A DNA stretch of 64,000 nucleotides from Nitrosopumilus sp. (lineage in GTDB: Archaea; Thermoproteota; Nitrososphaeria; Nitrososphaerales; Nitrosopumilaceae): contig OZ252243.1 of assembly GCA_965249555.1 (NCBI GenBank), positions 576,001 to 640,000 of the forward strand, written 5' to 3'. Under the pieces are notes generated by a model. That model was not told where the DNA came from. It saw only the letters and a list, made by a program, of their open reading frames with translations, and did not search any database. Position 1 is the first letter of the stretch. Each line of letters begins with the position of its first letter. Made by a program: the position numbers and the translations under genes. This document shows, one piece after another, positions 59,430 to 64,000 of the stretch.

Positions 59430-61782
59430 TTCACCAAACTACAAAAACTTTGAAGCTTTTTTTAAAAAAGCTACAGGATATGATCCCTATCCTTATCAGA
59501 TCAAACTTGCAGAATCCCAAATACCAGCAGTGATTAATGTACCTACAGGTGCAGGTAAGACAGAAGCTGCAATATTATCATTATGGATGTGGAGAAGGGA
59601 ATTAAAAGATGAAAATACACCAACCAGATTAATTTATTGTCTTCCCATGAGAGTGTTAGTGGAGCAGACCGTTCAGAGAGTGAGGAAATGGATCGAAAAT
59701 TTAGGATTAGATGATGTAATTGGAGTAATATCGCTTATTGGAGGTAGTAAGTATGAAGAATTCCAAAAACACCCCAGTAAAAAATACATCATCATAGGCA
59801 CACAAGATATGCTTATTTCAAGTGCACTTAATCGAGCATATGGAAAGAGTCCATATGCATGGCCCGCCTTTTTTGGTCTGTTTAATAATGACTGTATGTG
59901 GATCATGGATGAAATACAGATTATGGAAAATGGTCTCCCAACATCACTACAATTAGATGTATTTCGTAAGCAATTTAAAACATATGGATCATCAAAGACA
60001 GTTTGGATGTCTGCCACAATAAACAAAGATTGGCTGAAAACGATAAATTTTGACGGCATAAAGGATTCAGAGATTTGTAGTCTGGGTAAAGAAGATAAAA
60101 ATCATGAAGAGTTAAAAAAGCGCAACGAGGCAGCAAAAACACTTCACACCGCAGACATTGAATTTAAAAAATATGATAGCAAAGTTGTAAAATATCTGTA
60201 CAGTCTACACAAAAAAGGAACAACTACTGCCATCATGGTAAACACGGTTAAAAGAGCGCAAGAACTGTATGATCTATTTAAAAAAGAAGGATTAGAATGC
60301 AAATTAATTCATTCTAGGTTTAGAGAGAAAGACAGATCCGAATTAAATAAATGGATAAATAACTTGGGCAAAGAGGAAGTCATCATATCAACACAGGTAC
60401 TAGAAGCAGGAGTAGATATTTCTGTTCGTACAATGATCACAGAGATTGCACCATGGGCAAACATGGTACAACGTTTTGGAAGATGCAATAGAACTGGGGA
60501 ATTAGACCAAGCTGACATATACTGGATAGATCTACCTGACAAATTATTTGCACCATATGAAGAAAAAGATATGGAACTTGCAAAAGAAAAATTAAAAGAG
60601 CTGGACAACAAGTCAGTATCTCCAATTAATCTTCCAGACATCACAGAACAGAAAATTTTTGATGTCATACTACGAAAAAGAGATTTGGTGGATCTGTTTG
60701 ACAATGCATCTGACATATCTGGGAATTATGTAGATGCCTCAAGATTTGTACGTACAATTAAGCAGCAATTAAATGTCGAAGTATTTTGGAGAGATGATCT
60801 AACAAATAATGAAGAAGTGCAGAAACAAAACAGACATGAACGCAATGAGATATGCAGTGTTCCAATATATGATCTAAAAGAATTTCTAAAAAAAGCAAAA
60901 GTGGCATACTCGTGGAATAATGTAGAAGAGAAATGGGAGAGGATTAAAGCAGGTAAAATTTTTCCCGGACAAGTAGTTATGATAGATAGCAAAAAAGGAG
61001 GATATTCAAAAACATATGGATGGAAAAAAGAAATTGGAGAAAAAGTAGAGGCATGCCAAACATCAGATAAAAAAAATGATTCAAATGGATATGATGCACA
61101 ATCAGAATCAAAGAATCCAGTAACGCTAGAAGAACACACCAGTCATGTATCAGAAGAGATGAAAACCATACTAGCCAAATTGAAAATCATAGATAAGGAC
61201 ATCAAAGATATCATGACTACTGCTGCCAGATATCATGACATTGGTAAGATACACAATGTATTTCAAGACACATTAAAAAAAGGAATCATAGATAATGAGA
61301 TTGCCAAAACCAAAATATGGGCCAAGAGCCAAAAAATGAGTAAACATTCCATACCAGGTTTCAGACATGAGGTAGTCAGTGCACTAGTATATCTTAAACA
61401 ACCAGGCATAACACAAGATAAAAAATTGCAGAATCTTGTGGCATATCTTATAGTTTCACATCATGGAAAAGTTAGACTCTCATTAAGAGATGTAATTAAG
61501 AAAAAATATGAGGTAAAAGACCAGAAATATTTGTTAGGAATAAATGTAAATGGTGAGACCATACCAGAATTCTCTAGCGATGCAGTATCTGTCAAGGCAA
61601 CTGAAATAGACGTTTTATTAGCAAAAATTGGTCAAAACAATACATCAGAACCATCATGGGTAGAAAGAGCATTGTCTTTACGTGATGAGTATGGACCATT
61701 CCGTCTTGGATATCTTGAATCGTTACTCAGAGCAGCAGACACACTTGCCAGTCAAAAAGAGAGTGAAAGAAGATATGACTAG
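59422..61782 (+). CDS. cas3: Type I-G Cas3: SF2 helicase with C-terminal HD nuclease
   Basis: PTGAGKT, DEIQ, MSAT, HSRF, TQVLEAGVD and QRFGRCNR, then LEEH, HDIGK, RHE, SHHGK and RAAD. Start ATG 59422. Confidence 0.95.
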   Translation: MNNSPNYKNFEAFFKKATGYDPYPYQIKLAESQIPAVINVPTGAGKTEAAILSLWMWRRELKDENTPTRLIYCLPMRVLVEQTVQRVRKWIENLGLDDVIGVISLIGGSKYEEFQKHPSKKYIIIGTQDMLISSALNRAYGKSPYAWPAFFGLFNNDCMWIMDEIQIMENGLPTSLQLDVFRKQFKTYGSSKTVWMSATINKDWLKTINFDGIKDSEICSLGKEDKNHEELKKRNEAAKTLHTADIEFKKYDSKVVKYLYSLHKKGTTTAIMVNTVKRAQELYDLFKKEGLECKLIHSRFREKDRSELNKWINNLGKEEVIISTQVLEAGVDISVRTMITEIAPWANMVQRFGRCNRTGELDQADIYWIDLPDKLFAPYEEKDMELAKEKLKELDNKSVSPINLPDITEQKIFDVILRKRDLVDLFDNASDISGNYVDASRFVRTIKQQLNVEVFWRDDLTNNEEVQKQNRHERNEICSVPIYDLKEFLKKAKVAYSWNNVEEKWERIKAGKIFPGQVVMIDSKKGGYSKTYGWKKEIGEKVEACQTSDKKNDSNGYDAQSESKNPVTLEEHTSHVSEEMKTILAKLKIIDKDIKDIMTTAARYHDIGKIHNVFQDTLKKGIIDNEIAKTKIWAKSQKMSKHSIPGFRHEVVSALVYLKQPGITQDKKLQNLVAYLIVSHHGKVRLSLRDVIKKKYEVKDQKYLLGINVNGETIPEFSSDAVSVKATEIDVLLAKIGQNNTSEPSWVERALSLRDEYGPFRLGYLESLLRAADTLASQKESERRYD

Positions 61783-63865
61783 GATAACACTTGAGTGCAC
61801 ATCAACGTTACTATCAGACTATTTCAAAGCTCTAGGCATATTTCGAATCATGACAGAACAAAGCGATTCTAATATTACAGCATATTGGAGATATGATAAA
61901 TTTGTTTTGGAAACAAGCATGAGTGAAGAAGAAATTTTGGAGTTTATTTTAAAACAATACAAGCCGACGCCTATAATCACACCGTGGAGTTATAACAAAT
62001 ACATAAAAACAAAAGCATCAATCAAAACAAAATTAGATGCAAAAGATGATAGGTTTGAATCATATCGTACGGTAATACAAGAAATAGACAAAATTAATGA
62101 AATGTTCTGCAAGATTTTAAATCTAAATGAAATGAAAAAAGATACCATAACTAAAAAAACAAAGTTGTTATTTTTGCAACTATGTAGAAATAATTTTCCA
62201 GATGAAGCATTATCTTGGCTAGATGTAAATGTTGTGCTAGATGGAACAGATGCAAAATTTGCACCAATTACAGGATCGGGTGGAAATGACGGTAATTTTG
62301 ATATGGCTGAAAACTTTGTCAAGTATCTAATAGAGATGTTTGATCATAATGAAGAATCCAAAAACTTGCTGAAAGAATCACTCTTTGGAGGATCAAGTAA
62401 ATTGGAAGAAACAACTATGATAGGTCACAACCCAGATGGGAATAGTAGTGCAACATCAGGACAAGGTTTTGAAGGTAGATCACTGTCAAACAAGTGGGAT
62501 TACATACTGATGTTAGAAGGAATAATCTCGTTTGCAGGAAATCTGGCTAGACGTCAATCTCAAGGGAAAGGGAAAGCAGTATTTCCATTTACAACAGATG
62601 GCTCACATGTTGGCTATGCAACTGCATCAGATGATGAAAGGGATATCAGAGGTGAGATATGGTTGCCAATATGGAATAATCCTGCCACGTATAGAGAGAT
62701 CGCACATATGTTTAGTGAAGGACGGGTTCAGCTTAATGGAAAACAAGCTGGGACAGGAACAGAGTTTGCACGTGCCATAGTTAGTTTAGGTGTGGAAAGA
62801 GGGATATCGGCATTTCAAAGATTCAGTATTGTGCAAAGAAAAGGAGACGCATATTATTACATCAATGCAGGTAAAATACACACCGCAGATGAATCTGCAG
62901 TTTATTTATTAAGTGAGTTGGATAATTGGTATAATCCAATTTATCAAAAGAGCCAATCAAAAGAGAGTCCAGTGTCGATAAAACGGCATGTCAGAAATTT
63001 TGAAAACGAAGTGATGGAATTTTGCAAATATAGAAAAAAAGAACATCTCTTAAAAATAATGATTCAGGTTGGAAAGATAGAAAAACAGACATCATTGAGC
63101 AAAGAATTAAACCCATTACAGGAACTATCTGCGCAGTGGCTTGATGAGAGCTATGACAATTCAGTGGAATTTAGACTGGCAGCATCCATTGCATCAATAA
63201 AATCAGATAACAACGTAGGAGGAATACGAGAAAACTTGGAAGATATACAATATGGAGAAAGATGGGAACATAAAAAAGAATCAACAACATCTGTGTGGAA
63301 AGAAAATGATGATCTATTAAGGAATATGGGTCGTGTATTGCAAAGACGTGGAATAGATGGTAAAATAAAATCATTGGATGCCATACCAATTAAGGGGATC
63401 ATACCTGCAAGAATGGAGGATATTATAAAATTTCTCAGAGGAGAAGTAGATATGAGAAAAATAAATGACCTAGTTCTTCCGTTATCCATGATATCAATAA
63501 ATCAAAAGACAGAATATCCTTGGAAATCTATGAATAATGATGATATTTACGATATGCCAATACCAGAAGCATATATCATAATGAAGTTGATATGTCCTCC
63601 AGATAGAGATGAAAAAATCCCATACGACACATCAATACTAAATATGTTACATGCAGGAAGATTTGATGATGCTTATGCAAAAACAGCATACATACTACAT
63701 TCACACATGCGATCACCATTAAAATATTCAAAAATAAACGGCATGCCTAAAATATTGATTTCAGATATCATTAAAAAAAATATAATGGCGTCACTATTGT
63801 TTCCAATTTCAAAACATGATAGACAGAAAATGTTGCGTATGGTTACAGTTCAACAAAATTCATAG
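61775..63865 (+). CDS. csx17: Type I-G large subunit Cas8g (Csx17)
   Basis: YFKALGIFR, YKPTPIITPW, GSGGNDGNFD, NKWDYILMLEG, RGEIWLPIW, GVERGISAFQRF and EFRLAASIASI motifs. Start ATG 61775. Confidence 0.92.
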   Translation: MTRITLECTSTLLSDYFKALGIFRIMTEQSDSNITAYWRYDKFVLETSMSEEEILEFILKQYKPTPIITPWSYNKYIKTKASIKTKLDAKDDRFESYRTVIQEIDKINEMFCKILNLNEMKKDTITKKTKLLFLQLCRNNFPDEALSWLDVNVVLDGTDAKFAPITGSGGNDGNFDMAENFVKYLIEMFDHNEESKNLLKESLFGGSSKLEETTMIGHNPDGNSSATSGQGFEGRSLSNKWDYILMLEGIISFAGNLARRQSQGKGKAVFPFTTDGSHVGYATASDDERDIRGEIWLPIWNNPATYREIAHMFSEGRVQLNGKQAGTGTEFARAIVSLGVERGISAFQRFSIVQRKGDAYYYINAGKIHTADESAVYLLSELDNWYNPIYQKSQSKESPVSIKRHVRNFENEVMEFCKYRKKEHLLKIMIQVGKIEKQTSLSKELNPLQELSAQWLDESYDNSVEFRLAASIASIKSDNNVGGIRENLEDIQYGERWEHKKESTTSVWKENDDLLRNMGRVLQRRGIDGKIKSLDAIPIKGIIPARMEDIIKFLRGEVDMRKINDLVLPLSMISINQKTEYPWKSMNNDDIYDMPIPEAYIIMKLICPPDRDEKIPYDTSILNMLHAGRFDDAYAKTAYILHSHMRSPLKYSKINGMPKILISDIIKKNIMASLLFPISKHDRQKMLRMVTVQQNS

Positions 63866-63945
63866 ACAGAAATAGAGTTACAATATAAAGATTCAACATT
63901 TTTACAAGTTGATGAATTTTATAGATTTACAGACTTGTTAAGCAA

Positions 63946-63981
63946 TCTTCAATGAAGCCATAATTTTTTGTTATGGCAATC
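63946..63981 (-). CRISPR. Single type I-G-like CRISPR repeat at the window edge (array probably continues beyond 64000)
   Basis: Minus strand GATTGCCATAACAAAAAATTATGGCTTCATTGAAGA, with a GCCATAA/TTATGGC hairpin followed by ..TCATTGAAG as in I-G repeats. Lies 80 bp after csx17; only one copy is visible. Confidence 0.65.
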
Positions 63982-64000
63982 AGTGTAGATACTTTGTTCC

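Noticed and set aside
59673-63489. Several 60-137 aa antisense ORFs inside cas3/csx17, and similar shadows across the window
   Set aside because: They lie opposite well-supported genes, have Ser/Phe/Ile-rich shadow composition and show no motifs.
55556-64000. CRISPR-associated transposon (CAST) or casposon interpretation of the island
   Set aside because: No tnsA/B/C, tniQ, cas1-solo or polB in the window, Cas3 is intact, and no terminal inverted repeat can be shown from one end. A TGT just inside the boundary is insufficient.

Overview
Low-GC archaeal chromosome segment. Gene content and order (rpoN-eno-rps2-mvk-IPK-IDI-GGPPS-gltX, tkt-rpe fusion, nuo cluster, lone 5S rRNA) indicate a Nitrosopumilus-like ammonia-oxidising archaeon; this is an inference from recognised families, and no search was run. 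Four accessory regions interrupt the housekeeping backbone. (1) About 2.0-7.0 kb: a decayed mobile/defence island with an in-frame integrase-N-terminus/S8-peptidase-C-terminus chimera, a PD-(D/E)xK nuclease and a broken rolling-circle Rep. A Liv-type ABC transporter follows. (2) A 2.35 kb islet at tRNA-His bounded by a 16/18 direct repeat, carrying a GGQ-containing aRF1 paralogue, a Usp and a peroxiredoxin. (3) A 4.6 kb islet at tRNA-Ile2(CAT) bounded by a perfect 17-bp att repeat, carrying an AbiE-like pair, a frameshifted nuclease, a TPR protein and an AIPR-like remnant. (4) From about 55.55 kb to the window end: a region sitting where nuoB/nuoA are expected, carrying an intact-looking type I-G (I-U) CRISPR-Cas interference operon (csb1-csb2-cas3-csx17) followed by one I-G-type repeat at the window edge. 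Four tRNAs (tRNA-Glu has a 59/60 BHB intron) and a 5S rRNA are also present.
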